Shown: one piece after another, positions 17,068-26,697 of the stretch | How the letters are laid out: each line of letters begins with the position of its first letter | Numbering within the stretch: position 1 is the stretch's first letter | The notes under the pieces: generated by a model | Databases searched by the model: none | Told to the model about the DNA's origin: nothing | The model's input: only the letters and a program-made list of their open reading frames with translations | Virus record (IMG/VR): IMGVR_UViG_3300021560_000027 | Location: 1 to 41,789 of that record | Source: a virus | Taxonomy: Duplodnaviria > Caudoviricetes | DNA length: 41,789 nt | Direction: 5' to 3' (one strand) | Made by a program: the position numbers and the translations under genes

Positions 17068-17398
17068 CGGGCATTCTCCAATAAAGGTACGCTATGGGTA
17101 GCACCACGCCCGCATAGTACACGCAACAGACTGCGATTTTCAAAATATCAGGAGATTGGATGGCCTCAAAGGCCAGGATAAAGCCCCCAACCGCCGACAA
17201 TAGAAGCAGGAACTTACTCGCCAGTATCGAGGCTATCGCCGTCATCACCGCTATCACCTCCATTAGGTAAGCGGGCCTTGATGGCGTCGAGCCGGGAGGG
17301 CTCGTTAGCTTCGGCTCGGGTTCGACGGGCTCGACTTTGAGCAGCTTTAGTTTCGCCGTGGATACGGGCTTTGAATCGGTCAATGTCGCTTTCCTCAA
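17057..17398 (-). CDS. Two-TM membrane protein (true start probably internal, near MTAIAS)
   Basis: Hydrophobic ILASKFLLLLSAVGGFILAF and IAVCCVYYAGVVLPIAYLYW. Confidence 0.55.
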   Translation of the reverse strand: MRKATLTDSKPVSTAKLKLLKVEPVEPEPKLTSPPGSTPSRPAYLMEVIAVMTAIASILASKFLLLLSAVGGFILAFEAIQSPDILKIAVCCVYYAGVVLPIAYLYWRMPDAA

Positions 17399-17579
17399 GG
17401 TCAGTTAGCCGGTTCTTGATTGCTACCCATTTGCCGACTTTCTCGAAAACATCCAATTGTACGTCGATTCCCGGCTCCTCGCCAGCCTGCGGCAAGCTTC
17501 GGTCAAGCAACCGCACGGCCAAAGCTTCTTGGCGGTGAACAATGATGTTGGAGCGCTTCTCTCTACCTACGCCGGCCAC
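17214..17579 (-). CDS. Hypothetical protein
   Basis: 121-aa ORF in the co-oriented late operon. Confidence 0.55.
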   Translation of the reverse strand: MAGVGREKRSNIIVHRQEALAVRLLDRSLPQAGEEPGIDVQLDVFEKVGKWVAIKNRLTDLEESDIDRFKARIHGETKAAQSRARRTRAEANEPSRLDAIKARLPNGGDSGDDGDSLDTGE

Positions 17580-17718
17580 GACGTTTTCCTCTGCCCTCTA
17601 CCCCTTTGATTCGTCCCTTGTTGCGAGAGGCATAGAACACTCGCTTGGCGGTCTCGGGATCGCGATAGGTTTTTCTCATGGCACTCATTATCTTTCTACC
17701 CTTTTCTGTCAAGGGCAT
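17563..17718 (-). CDS. Basic 51-aa protein
   Basis: MPLTEKGRKIMSAMRKTYRDPETAKRVFYASRNKGRIKGVEGRGKRRGRRR; ggggag RBS. Confidence 0.65.
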   Translation of the reverse strand: MPLTEKGRKIMSAMRKTYRDPETAKRVFYASRNKGRIKGVEGRGKRRGRRR

Positions 17719-17732
17719 ATATATTCTCCCCT

Positions 17733-18302
17733 ATGATTCATATTGGCATATGCGCCCATTGTGGTAAAACATATCAACGTAATCGACCATTGCGGGGCAG
17801 CACATGCAGCCAAAAATGTTCTTCGCAACTCTACCGTAAAAAAGAAGAAACCAGAAAGTGCCCTCATTGCCACAATGACTTTAAAGTCAAGCCAGGGTCG
17901 AAAGTTAGATACTGCTCGATTCAATGCTTCAATCGTCGCGGCCGTCGCAACGCCGACATGGTGCGCCAATGTCTCCATTGCGGAAAAAATTATGAACGCG
18001 AAGCAGGACAAATAAAACGAAAGTTTTGCTCCCATCAATGTCGCACCGCACACAGGTACGGAAAAACACAATACAAACTAGGCATTAGAAAAACTTGGTC
18101 ACTAAAACCGGAAATTGACCTTAAAAACTTCTTCTCTCGTTGCCAGCGCTGCGGCTGGCACAAAGAACCTAAAATTTTACATCGGCATCATAAAGATAGA
18201 GATCGAGCCAACAACAGCCCTAAAAACATTGAGATTCTTTGCCCAACCTGTCACGTATTGGAACACTTTCAAGCTGGCGACAGTCTATGGAAGTTCGCTT
18301 AG
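17733..18302 (+). CDS. HNH homing endonuclease with three Zn-ribbon repeats
   Basis: 3x CxxC...CSxxC, then CQRCG..HRHHKD.DRANN...NIEILCPTCH..EH; antisense to the late operon and AT-richer. Confidence 0.85.
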   Translation: MIHIGICAHCGKTYQRNRPLRGSTCSQKCSSQLYRKKEETRKCPHCHNDFKVKPGSKVRYCSIQCFNRRGRRNADMVRQCLHCGKNYEREAGQIKRKFCSHQCRTAHRYGKTQYKLGIRKTWSLKPEIDLKNFFSRCQRCGWHKEPKILHRHHKDRDRANNSPKNIEILCPTCHVLEHFQAGDSLWKFA

Positions 18303-18311
18303 CAGCCCTTT

Positions 18312-19871
18312 TCATTGAGCGGCACTGGCACCTCCTGCGGCTCGAGCTGCGAGGCCAAGCTTGGCAATCAAATCCTTATAGGGTCCAGCCGCCCGCGCGG
18401 CATCAATGATTTGCTGCGGCACGAGATCCGCCGCCTTGCGCGCTCCCTTGCCCGCCGCAAGTGCCGCCTCGCCCCAAAGCCGCGGCGAGGTCGCCGCCAA
18501 AGTAGCAAGCAGCTTAGGGCTAAGACCGTGCTCATAGAGCGCCGCCAAGCCACCAAGCCCGGCCGCGCCACGCGCCAAGCCGCCAGGAGCGAGCGGTGCC
18601 GCCGCTTGGCCGTACAGCGAAGGCAGGATGGAAGGATCCCGACGGTTTAGTTCCTCTGCCATCGACAATCTCCGACCAAAGTTTGTGTTGACATCCGAAC
18701 GGGTTGTCGAAAGCAGCTTACGTAACGCAGTATCTTCCGAGGCCTTTTTGCCAAGGCTCAAGGTTTTCTCAATTTGTTGCAGCATATCCGTGGCTTGCTG
18801 GTAATTCTTCATAGCCTTGGCGTATTGCCGGTCTTGCTTGGCGATCGTGTCCCGAATAGCGTGATAGACGTCTTGCGCTACCTTGTTGACAGCATCCGGT
18901 CTCGTCTTCCAGTCGATCTTACTGCCAATGTGCTGCTTTAGTGCATCCAGGCCAGGACCAGTACGGAATTCAGGCGGGAGAGACTTCCACGCATTCACAT
19001 TGCCGGCGATTTCCGTGAGCATCTGCTGCGCGGCAGTAAGATCCTTCTCGCCAGCCAATTTCGCTACATCCAAGCCACGAAACCGGCCGACATCCACGCC
19101 CTTTTGAATAGCCGCATCGATGTCATTGAAACTTAAGGGCGTAGTTTGCTTGCCAAACTTGGTTTGAAATTTTTGATATTCGGCCGAGCGCTCAAGAAAC
19201 ATATCGGCTAAGGCCGATCGAGCCTTTGATACGATTTCCGGTGCAAACTGCTCGGGCGCTCTTAGATTTTGCGTTGCCGCTTGAGCCGCTGGTCCGCCCT
19301 CAAACCCGACCTTGGCGAGCCCGCGATAGGCCTCGCCACCCTTGCCGGTCACCACCCCGATCGTCTCGGTTGCCGCCTTGCCACCGAATTTGGCCAAAGC
19401 TCCAGGCGCGCGAACAAGCGCCTCTTGGCCACCAGGAACGACGGTCGCCAGATCGGCCACAAAGCCCACCGGGTCGGTCGCCATTGTGTTCTTGATGTTT
19501 GCCCAGCCGCCGTAACGATTAGCCAAGAATTGCCCCGCGGCATCGGCATAGGGCTCGTATTGACCCGGAGCGCCCCGATCAAATGTTATGTTTCCTGTTG
19601 CGGGGTCGACTCGGGTGCGGGAAAGCTTCTGTGCTACGCCAGCCCCCAGCCGGCTTAGGCCCTTGGCGGTCTCGATCGGATGCACAATAGGCTGAATGAG
19701 ACTCTCGCCAGCCGCCTTGGCCGAGGGAATCAGGTTCTTGAATGCCTCCCCCGGCACGTCAAGCAAATTCAGTTCGGATTTTTCTTGGGACGCATCAAGA
19801 CGCTGTCCGGGCCATTGCGTAACTGCCGTCCCAGGCCATTGCGGAGCATTATCGGATGTATTCTGCGCCAT
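18312..19871 (-). CDS. Putative internal virion/DNA ejection protein
   Basis: 519 aa, Ala/Gly-rich and helical; third of three large genes after the tail nozzle. Confidence 0.6.
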   Translation of the reverse strand: MAQNTSDNAPQWPGTAVTQWPGQRLDASQEKSELNLLDVPGEAFKNLIPSAKAAGESLIQPIVHPIETAKGLSRLGAGVAQKLSRTRVDPATGNITFDRGAPGQYEPYADAAGQFLANRYGGWANIKNTMATDPVGFVADLATVVPGGQEALVRAPGALAKFGGKAATETIGVVTGKGGEAYRGLAKVGFEGGPAAQAATQNLRAPEQFAPEIVSKARSALADMFLERSAEYQKFQTKFGKQTTPLSFNDIDAAIQKGVDVGRFRGLDVAKLAGEKDLTAAQQMLTEIAGNVNAWKSLPPEFRTGPGLDALKQHIGSKIDWKTRPDAVNKVAQDVYHAIRDTIAKQDRQYAKAMKNYQQATDMLQQIEKTLSLGKKASEDTALRKLLSTTRSDVNTNFGRRLSMAEELNRRDPSILPSLYGQAAAPLAPGGLARGAAGLGGLAALYEHGLSPKLLATLAATSPRLWGEAALAAGKGARKAADLVPQQIIDAARAAGPYKDLIAKLGLAARAAGGASAAQ

Positions 19872-21285
19872 CAGGGGTCTTATAATGAGTGCCAGGAGCT
19901 AGTTTTTGCGCCTCTGCAGGGGAATTAACCACTACGGGGCCACCCGCGCCACCTTCATCGCCCAAATTAGCCGCCGGCCCGACCATACGATTGAGCGTGG
20001 ACTCGACTTTAGGACCCATATCCGTCGCCCAGTCATGCAAAGCGCTGTATTGCTTCGATAGAAAGCCACGAAGCGTATCCACAGCCCCATGCAGGGCTTT
20101 AGGACCATGGTCAGCGGCCAAGCTTGTTTCCATCGCATTACGCTCGGCCATCGAGCCGCCGCCCGGAACGATCGCCTTAACCACCTCTTTAGAGGCAATA
20201 TCGGCGCCGATTTCGTAATTCGTGATCTCGGGGTAGCCGTTCTGCCGGCGAAGATTAATGCTGACATCATTGGCCAGCTTGAGGTTGCCAAGCTTCAAGG
20301 CATCAATCAATTTTTCGAGTTCCTCGAGATGTCTGGTCGACGCATTAAGCGCGATAGCTCGCCCACCCTGGTTTGAGCTCGTGGGCTTGGACAGAATCTG
20401 CAAAGCGCCTGCCTGCTTGGTGAAGTCGGTCGTGGAGTAGGTCTTGCCAGTTTCCGGGTCTGGCGAGGCTAGTAGCTGCCAGATCGCCTGATTTTGCGGA
20501 TTTCGGCTCGATTGCGGGGGAGGCGGAGCGTCCAGGTTTCGGATCTGTTTCACCCGATCCACAATTCCCGGATCCTTGGTCCATCGGTCAATCTGCGCTT
20601 GCTGCGCCTCATCGCGGGCTTCTTGCTGTTGAAAGGCCTTGGTGAAGGCATTGTCCGCAGTTTCTCGGGCAAGCAGTATCTTTTCCACCAATTCCCAGCG
20701 TCCGGATTGCAGCGCGGCCTGCATTAGTTGGTCTTTATTGGCGACCGCTTGCGCCCACAGTGCGGGAGCTGATTTCCGCCACTCGGTTTCCTCCTTGTTT
20801 TTCCAAGCCGCGTTGTAACGGGTCAATTCCACCCGGTTTTGCTCAACCGCGGCATCTAAAGCCTGCTTAAAATTGGCATCTTGCTGCTTGAATACGTCCT
20901 CCTGGCCCTTGTGGAAGCCTTCCATGGCGCCAGTGGCGTATTTCATGGCGTTCATCAAAGGTTGCCGAGTGAAAAGGCTCGATAAACCGGCCAAAACGAT
21001 CATCGGGTCCTTGAAAACGTCGTAACTGGGCGTAAATTGCTGCTGCGGCGGTCCCGGCATCGAGTATTGACGCAATTGCGGGATTGGTTCCCAGTTTGGG
21101 CGGAAAGTATCTGTGGATTGTGGGGATTGCGCCTGCGCGGTTTGGACCGGCTGCGGTCCCGCGCTTTGAAACGGAGCAATCTGGGGGATTTGGATCGGGT
21201 TTAAGGGAAGCCTGCGCGAGGCCTCGCTGGCAGCGGCGTCAGCCACCTGCGTATCATCCCCCGGATCGAGCGGCGTGATCTGCAT
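19849..21285 (-). CDS. Putative internal virion/DNA ejection protein
   Basis: 478 aa, Gln/Ala-rich and helical; ends LAPGTHYKTPDG..YIR. Confidence 0.6.
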   Translation of the reverse strand: MQITPLDPGDDTQVADAAASEASRRLPLNPIQIPQIAPFQSAGPQPVQTAQAQSPQSTDTFRPNWEPIPQLRQYSMPGPPQQQFTPSYDVFKDPMIVLAGLSSLFTRQPLMNAMKYATGAMEGFHKGQEDVFKQQDANFKQALDAAVEQNRVELTRYNAAWKNKEETEWRKSAPALWAQAVANKDQLMQAALQSGRWELVEKILLARETADNAFTKAFQQQEARDEAQQAQIDRWTKDPGIVDRVKQIRNLDAPPPPQSSRNPQNQAIWQLLASPDPETGKTYSTTDFTKQAGALQILSKPTSSNQGGRAIALNASTRHLEELEKLIDALKLGNLKLANDVSINLRRQNGYPEITNYEIGADIASKEVVKAIVPGGGSMAERNAMETSLAADHGPKALHGAVDTLRGFLSKQYSALHDWATDMGPKVESTLNRMVGPAANLGDEGGAGGPVVVNSPAEAQKLAPGTHYKTPDGAEYIR

Positions 21286-22815
21286 TTACGCGCTCGCCGT
21301 GACTGCGCCCGAGGAAGTCAAGCCGGGAATGCCGCGCACCGCCGTGCCCAAAGCCAGCGCATTGGCAAAGCCGGAAATCGCGTTAGAGAGCTGCTCGTCC
21401 TGCTGCAGGCCAGCATTAAGAAGCGTGGTGTAAATATTTCCTTCAAGCCCGAGATTGTTCGTGGCCGTCTGCAAGGCTTGCGTGCCAGACGTGAATAGCT
21501 GCCCCTCAATCTCGGCCTTGACGTTCAAGGCCTCCTGATTGACCGCATCGATCGCGCTTTGCTCCGAGGTCGAGCCGGACATGCCCAAAGAGGCGTATTT
21601 GCCCTTGACCGCCGCGATCGCCGCCGTAGTGGCTTGATCAAGTTGCGCCTGCTGCGGTGCCGGCAAAGTACCAGTCTCAAGCGGGGTTTCGAGATTCGTT
21701 CCAATCTGCGTCTGTGTTCCCGCAGTTTGGGCCGCCTGGGTGGCCGCGCCCTGCAAGGGCGCTGATCCGAGCACATTACTGGTGCCAAGCGCCTTGGAGA
21801 TCTGCGGCGCCAAGAGTTGTCCGCCGACACTGGCGCCGAGAAGACCCAATAACCCCGCATTATTGGAGAAAAAGCTGCCAACGCCACTTGAGCCTGGAAG
21901 CGGGTTCGGCGGGTTTGCGGCCGTGCCAAAGTTTCCTTCGTACTGACCTAAACCGGTCGCACCTGCAGTCGCGGCGGGCGTCCCTGTCACTCCCGTGGGC
22001 GTTCCTGATAACGGCGGGTTCAACGCCGCAGTTTCGGTCAACGTCGAGCCCGGCAAGGAGGCCTCCGATGGCGCAAACTCGCCGCCACCGAAAGCAAGCT
22101 GATTCGCCGTGCTGGCCGGGATCTGCCCTGGAGTGGCCGCAGGCACATTCGCAAACGGGCTCGTCAGAGACGCATTCAAAGGCCCGGGCGTGGTTCCAGG
22201 CGCAGCCGTATCACTGGGAAGACTGACATTGGCAGGCGCCGCTTGAGGCGCCGGGCCCGTTGGGGTCGTCCCACCCCCTATCGAGATCGGCCTAGCCGCG
22301 GCCAAAGGCGAGCCCGCAATAGGCGTCGGCGCATTAGTGGCAGGCACTCCCCCCGGAGCCGCATATTGACCGCCCAGCGCGGCAAAATTCTGGGTTATTT
22401 GGCCTGCCGGCGATAATGCCGTAGGGCCCGCCGCCGCGGCGGGTGATGTCAGACCAAGAAGAGAAGCCACTCTATTTTGTGGCGACGAGACCCCAACTGC
22501 AGCAAGTTGAGCATTCTGCCAATTTTGCACAGCATTGGGTCCGGTAAACCCCGCCGCAGCCGCCTGCGCAGCATCATTTGCTGTTATTTGCGCTGGCGAC
22601 GCGCCGGGTGTGCCGGCAAAGAAACTAGGAGCAAGCAAATTCACCAGGCTGGCGAGGCCTATCCCGCCCAACCCTGCAGCACCGCCCCCCGCGGCATCAA
22701 AGGCCCCCGCGACATCCGCAGTCGCACCAGGAACCGCAGTCGCCGCACCAGGAATAAGTTCATCGGCCGGTGTGACTACGATTTCCGGTGTTACGAGAGG
22801 GTTAAAGCCTGCCAT
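21286..22815 (-). CDS. Putative DNA-transfer/pilot-type virion protein
   Basis: Low-complexity A/G/P/T protein with hydrophobic GxxxG segments and YASLGMSGST. Confidence 0.55.
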   Translation of the reverse strand: MAGFNPLVTPEIVVTPADELIPGAATAVPGATADVAGAFDAAGGGAAGLGGIGLASLVNLLAPSFFAGTPGASPAQITANDAAQAAAAGFTGPNAVQNWQNAQLAAVGVSSPQNRVASLLGLTSPAAAAGPTALSPAGQITQNFAALGGQYAAPGGVPATNAPTPIAGSPLAAARPISIGGGTTPTGPAPQAAPANVSLPSDTAAPGTTPGPLNASLTSPFANVPAATPGQIPASTANQLAFGGGEFAPSEASLPGSTLTETAALNPPLSGTPTGVTGTPAATAGATGLGQYEGNFGTAANPPNPLPGSSGVGSFFSNNAGLLGLLGASVGGQLLAPQISKALGTSNVLGSAPLQGAATQAAQTAGTQTQIGTNLETPLETGTLPAPQQAQLDQATTAAIAAVKGKYASLGMSGSTSEQSAIDAVNQEALNVKAEIEGQLFTSGTQALQTATNNLGLEGNIYTTLLNAGLQQDEQLSNAISGFANALALGTAVRGIPGLTSSGAVTASA

Positions 22816-22827
22816 TTGCCTATCCTA

Positions 22828-23169
22828 TCATATCCCCAAGGTCAGCACTGCGCGCATAGCCAAGTGCTCCTGGTAGTGATCATCGACCCAGGCCTCGATC
22901 GCCGAGGCCTTAGAGAAATCGATCTCGGTCAAATCCACGCCCTGCTGGTTCTGTCCAACCGCCTTGTTCATCTCGTTATGGAACTGCTGATGGCGTTCCA
23001 GGATGCCGGGAATGTCGTTCGGGTCCCACGGCTGAATCTGATAGAGCACGGTCTGGATATTCTTCTGCTTGAGAATAGCCTCCTGAATCGCCCAATGATC
23101 CAACCAATTATTGAACCAAAAGGTATCCCAAGAATCCGCGCCAACCGTGAACAGATTGGATAGACCCAT
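22828..23169 (-). CDS. Hypothetical virion protein (His-rich helical)
   Basis: 113 aa; coupled start. Confidence 0.65.
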   Translation of the reverse strand: MGLSNLFTVGADSWDTFWFNNWLDHWAIQEAILKQKNIQTVLYQIQPWDPNDIPGILERHQQFHNEMNKAVGQNQQGVDLTEIDFSKASAIEAWVDDHYQEHLAMRAVLTLGI

Positions 23170-23441
23170 TATTTTCGAATCCGTCCCGTCGTAACCATGG
23201 TTGTCGCCATACCCGAGGCATTGCCAACACCACGCTTTTCCGTGCCAGGCCCTTGACTGAACGTGCGGCCGCGAGGCCCAGAAACCCCATAGGGGCCGCC
23301 CTCGAGACCTTGCGGGCCGACCACACCGTCTGGGTTGTCAATGCTTTGAAGTTCCCCGGTTGGGATCCGGCCGAGAAACGGCACTTCGGGATCCGTATTG
23401 TTCTGCATTCTCGCAAATAGGCCCTGTCGTACTCTTGCCAT
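23169..23441 (-). CDS. Hypothetical protein
   Basis: ggagg RBS before ATG 23441. Confidence 0.6.
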   Translation of the reverse strand: MARVRQGLFARMQNNTDPEVPFLGRIPTGELQSIDNPDGVVGPQGLEGGPYGVSGPRGRTFSQGPGTEKRGVGNASGMATTMVTTGRIRK

Positions 23442-23442
23442 G

Positions 23443-25008
23443 TTAGCCTCCAATCGGACTCTGTTCCTGATAGAGTAGCTGTTGAGCGGTCAAAGTGAAA
23501 TCGCTGTTGGTCGAAGTCGAGGTCCAGCCTAGATAATTACCCCGCACCGAGATTGAGGTCGAGCTTACGCCGGTCAAATAGTTGACCGGCGGTGTCGTTA
23601 CCGGGACCGTCGTAGACAAAGCCTGAGTGGTAGAAGCTGCATTTGCCTCAAGCTGCGCCTCCAATGTCGTAGAGATCGTAATTCCAGTCCCGGTATTATC
23701 GACCGCCGTCGTATACATCCGCATCGGCTGTTTGGCGGTTTGCGGACCCTCGCCTGAGAAAAACTTTGTTCGCCAATATTTCTGGGTGGAAGCCCCCGTA
23801 GTAAACAACTGAAAGAAGTTTGTCCCGTCAGTGCCCCAAGTCTGCAGCGTCGAGACAATCTGGCGCGAGGCAATGAAAGTCAAAGCAGAGGATTGACTCC
23901 CGATATACCATTTCTTGCCATCCCACATCGCCAGGGCATTACGGAATGAATTATCAAACGGCGCCTTGAGCGGAATAAGCAGCATGAAAGTTGTAACCGC
24001 ATTGATATTGGCGATGGCCGTCGAGGGTTGATTGGCGACAGTACGATTAGCAATCGTCAGCTGCGCGGCCGAATTAAAAAGTCCGTCAATATCATCCGAA
24101 ACTTTCTGCGAAGAGCCGCCGAACAACGCATAGACACCGATATAATTCGAAAACACCAAGCCGCGAGAAAACACTTGAACACCATTAAACCAACCAGCAC
24201 CGGATTGCGGGTCGACGTTCTGGTTGTTGAAAGTCGTTACCGCAGTTGGACTGCCGGCGGTCTGTACGTTGGAAATCACGTTGATCGAGGAATCGCCAAA
24301 CAAATATAAAAATCCGTTGGCTTGCCGAATTGCGGTGAACTCATTGCGCAAAAACGAATCCGTGCTGAAGGCCGAACCGCTGCCATCTGCGGTAACAAAA
24401 TCCCCGCCATTGCCGGGCGCACTCCAGGTTATTTTGCCGCCATTGATAATCCAAACCCGAGACTGGAAAACCTCGACTCCGGTTCCGGAGATTCCATTCG
24501 GCATCGTTCCCGTGCCAAGCCAAGCCGGCACCGCGCCGCCGGGAGAAGACAAAGTCGCGCCATCCCAAGCCCAGTAATTATTCGAACCAACAGTCGCAAC
24601 AATAACAATGCCACCTTGGCCCACCTGCACCGCGGCAGGAAGAATCGCAGTGCCGCCCGCCCAGAACGTACCCGCACCAGCGACCGTGGTGGCCGTAAAC
24701 GGCGAATTGAGCGAAACGCTGACTGCGGAACCGTCACTGAGAACCAAAAATCCGAAAGGCGCAATGCTAACATTGAACACGTAAATGTAAACAATAGTCT
24801 TACCGCCGGTAGCAGTGTAGATCGCCGAGCCGTTAGAAAGTAAAGCACGATACGTGCCATCATCGACCGGCTGCATGTTCTCGATCCAGGAAAATTGCTC
24901 GTCCTTGATCGAGGTGCGGGTCTGGCGCGTATTGACGCCGCCAGCTTTATGGACCGTAAAAAACTTCTTGTCCGTGCCGGCAAAGCGATTGTTTTCGACT
25001 GCCATCAA
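23443..25008 (-). CDS. Tail nozzle/tail tubular B (P22 gp10-like) protein
   Basis: 521-aa beta-propeller-like sequence (EVFQSRVWI, ITWSAPG, FLYLFGD) directly after the adaptor. Confidence 0.7.
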   Translation of the reverse strand: MMAVENNRFAGTDKKFFTVHKAGGVNTRQTRTSIKDEQFSWIENMQPVDDGTYRALLSNGSAIYTATGGKTIVYIYVFNVSIAPFGFLVLSDGSAVSVSLNSPFTATTVAGAGTFWAGGTAILPAAVQVGQGGIVIVATVGSNNYWAWDGATLSSPGGAVPAWLGTGTMPNGISGTGVEVFQSRVWIINGGKITWSAPGNGGDFVTADGSGSAFSTDSFLRNEFTAIRQANGFLYLFGDSSINVISNVQTAGSPTAVTTFNNQNVDPQSGAGWFNGVQVFSRGLVFSNYIGVYALFGGSSQKVSDDIDGLFNSAAQLTIANRTVANQPSTAIANINAVTTFMLLIPLKAPFDNSFRNALAMWDGKKWYIGSQSSALTFIASRQIVSTLQTWGTDGTNFFQLFTTGASTQKYWRTKFFSGEGPQTAKQPMRMYTTAVDNTGTGITISTTLEAQLEANAASTTQALSTTVPVTTPPVNYLTGVSSTSISVRGNYLGWTSTSTNSDFTLTAQQLLYQEQSPIGG

Positions 25009-25970
25009 TAGCTCGAATAAGTATCGCCTTCGTAGTAATTGCCCACGAAGGCATCGTGCGTTTCAGTAACCGCTTCCTTGACCCTTTCGTCGTATTCCGT
25101 CTTCATCATCTTGGCGTCCTCGGGCCGCTGCGCATTCAGATAGCCAAGATAAGCCGCATAGTACGGCACCGCGGTCGTCCACGGCTCGGGCAAAGCCTCA
25201 GTCTGACTGCCGCCCTGCGTCATCAAAACCGGCTTGCACCAAACATCCCAATCCATCTGAGAAGACTGTGACGGCAAAGGCCACAAATAAATCGAGCCAC
25301 CAACGCCCGATCCACTGCTTATCCCCTGACCATATTGCGACCACACCGTGGGATAGGACTGCAGGCCAGTATTATAGGATCGATAATAAGCTTGGAATTC
25401 CGACCAGATCATCTGCATCAACATCGGCTTCATAGCAGCATTGGCGCCCCAAGCGCCCGCCACCGAAATCAACCCAAAGGCCTTGTCGATACCGGGAAAC
25501 AAAGTCTGGGCGGCAATGAGCGTATTAACCAGATTAAACTGATAGACTTCCTGGCCGGGAACTGTAGTCAGTGAATTGTCGATTGTGGGCGTGATAATGG
25601 CGCCGGATCCACCACCCGATCCAGTAACCGTGATAGTTGTTGTTGTTCCAGTGATATAACCCCATCCGCCATTGGTAAGCGTAACCGTGTTGATCGCGCC
25701 TCCGCTCTGCGTTGCTGTTGCCGACGCCTGCTGACCTGCTCCAGATATCGTAACTGTAATCGTACCGGCATATCCGGATCCCGGAGCGGTAATGGCCAAT
25801 GAAACGATGGTGCCGCCCGATCCCAGAAAGCGAACGGCCTGCGAGCGGCCCGCAACGCGGATCCGCGCCCGATTAATGTAAAGATTGACATCAGTCTGCG
25901 AATAATAAGTGTTGTTGGGGTCATGCAACAACTCCAGCGTTTCGGTCTGATAATCAGTGAGCGTCGGCAT
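25005..25970 (-). CDS. Head-tail adaptor with an inserted Thr/Gly-rich domain
   Basis: LTDY..ET.ELLHDP...V..YIN.AR N-terminus; LWPLP and AVPYYAAYL C-terminus typical of adaptors. Confidence 0.7.
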   Translation of the reverse strand: MPTLTDYQTETLELLHDPNNTYYSQTDVNLYINRARIRVAGRSQAVRFLGSGGTIVSLAITAPGSGYAGTITVTISGAGQQASATATQSGGAINTVTLTNGGWGYITGTTTTITVTGSGGGSGAIITPTIDNSLTTVPGQEVYQFNLVNTLIAAQTLFPGIDKAFGLISVAGAWGANAAMKPMLMQMIWSEFQAYYRSYNTGLQSYPTVWSQYGQGISSGSGVGGSIYLWPLPSQSSQMDWDVWCKPVLMTQGGSQTEALPEPWTTAVPYYAAYLGYLNAQRPEDAKMMKTEYDERVKEAVTETHDAFVGNYYEGDTYSSY

Positions 25971-26697
25971 TGACGCGCCTCTCGAACAGCACAAAGCCCC
26001 AAGGCAGGATCAGCGGCCCCGAACATTGCAGTTTCGATGTTTCGGTGTTGATCGTATAGGTACCCATGACATCCGGATTTTCCGGCTTGGGCAAATCCAT
26101 GTCGATGTCGAACTTTTTGTACCGGGTGAGTTCATAGCCTTGCTGGCGAGCCGCATAGGTAAGCCCAGGCAAGCCATAAATGTTGTAATACGCCATCCGC
26201 GGCACCATGGGCTCGGATACCACAATCTTACAATTGATGTTGCCGTCATAGATCAACGTCGAGAACGCCATCCATTGCGGGCGAATGCGAGTGGCGATCT
26301 GATGCAGAGGCAAAGCTGGGTCAGCAAGCGTATGCAGCATCTGGATGCCGATGACGCCATCAACGCCAAACCTAACAGCCAGGTTCGTGTAGTCGCCACA
26401 TTCAAACTCAAGGTTGCGTGCGCGCTTGGCGTGCGCGATCAGCTCTTCGGAGAGATCAAGTCCAACAAATCGCGTACTGGGAAAGCGGTTAGCAAGATAC
26501 CAAGTAGGACCCCCAGAACCGCAAGCCACGTCCACCACATGGTCGGCCACCTCCAGCTTGCTCTCGAGAAAATCGGCAAAGTGCACGGTCGAGCGATAGG
26601 GCTCCTGCCACTGCCTTAAGTGATATTTCAGAGACTCCGAATCGGTACTGCCTCCAGCCAAGGCCGCATTTCCGGGGTTTGACGAATATTGTCCCAA
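25954..26697 (-). CDS. Class I SAM-dependent methyltransferase
   Basis: VVDVACGSG motif I, FVGLDLS motif II; TTG start 6 nt after GGAGG. Confidence 0.85.
   Translation of the reverse strand: MGQYSSNPGNAALAGGSTDSESLKYHLRQWQEPYRSTVHFADFLESKLEVADHVVDVACGSGGPTWYLANRFPSTRFVGLDLSEELIAHAKRARNLEFECGDYTNLAVRFGVDGVIGIQMLHTLADPALPLHQIATRIRPQWMAFSTLIYDGNINCKIVVSEPMVPRMAYYNIYGLPGLTYAARQQGYELTRYKKFDIDMDLPKPENPDVMGTYTINTETSKLQCSGPLILPWGFVLFERRVNADAH

Noticed and set aside
26628-26697. Frameshift fusion of Maf and the methyltransferase
   Set aside because: The methyltransferase has a plausible TTG start 6 nt after GGAGG, which explains the 70-nt overlap
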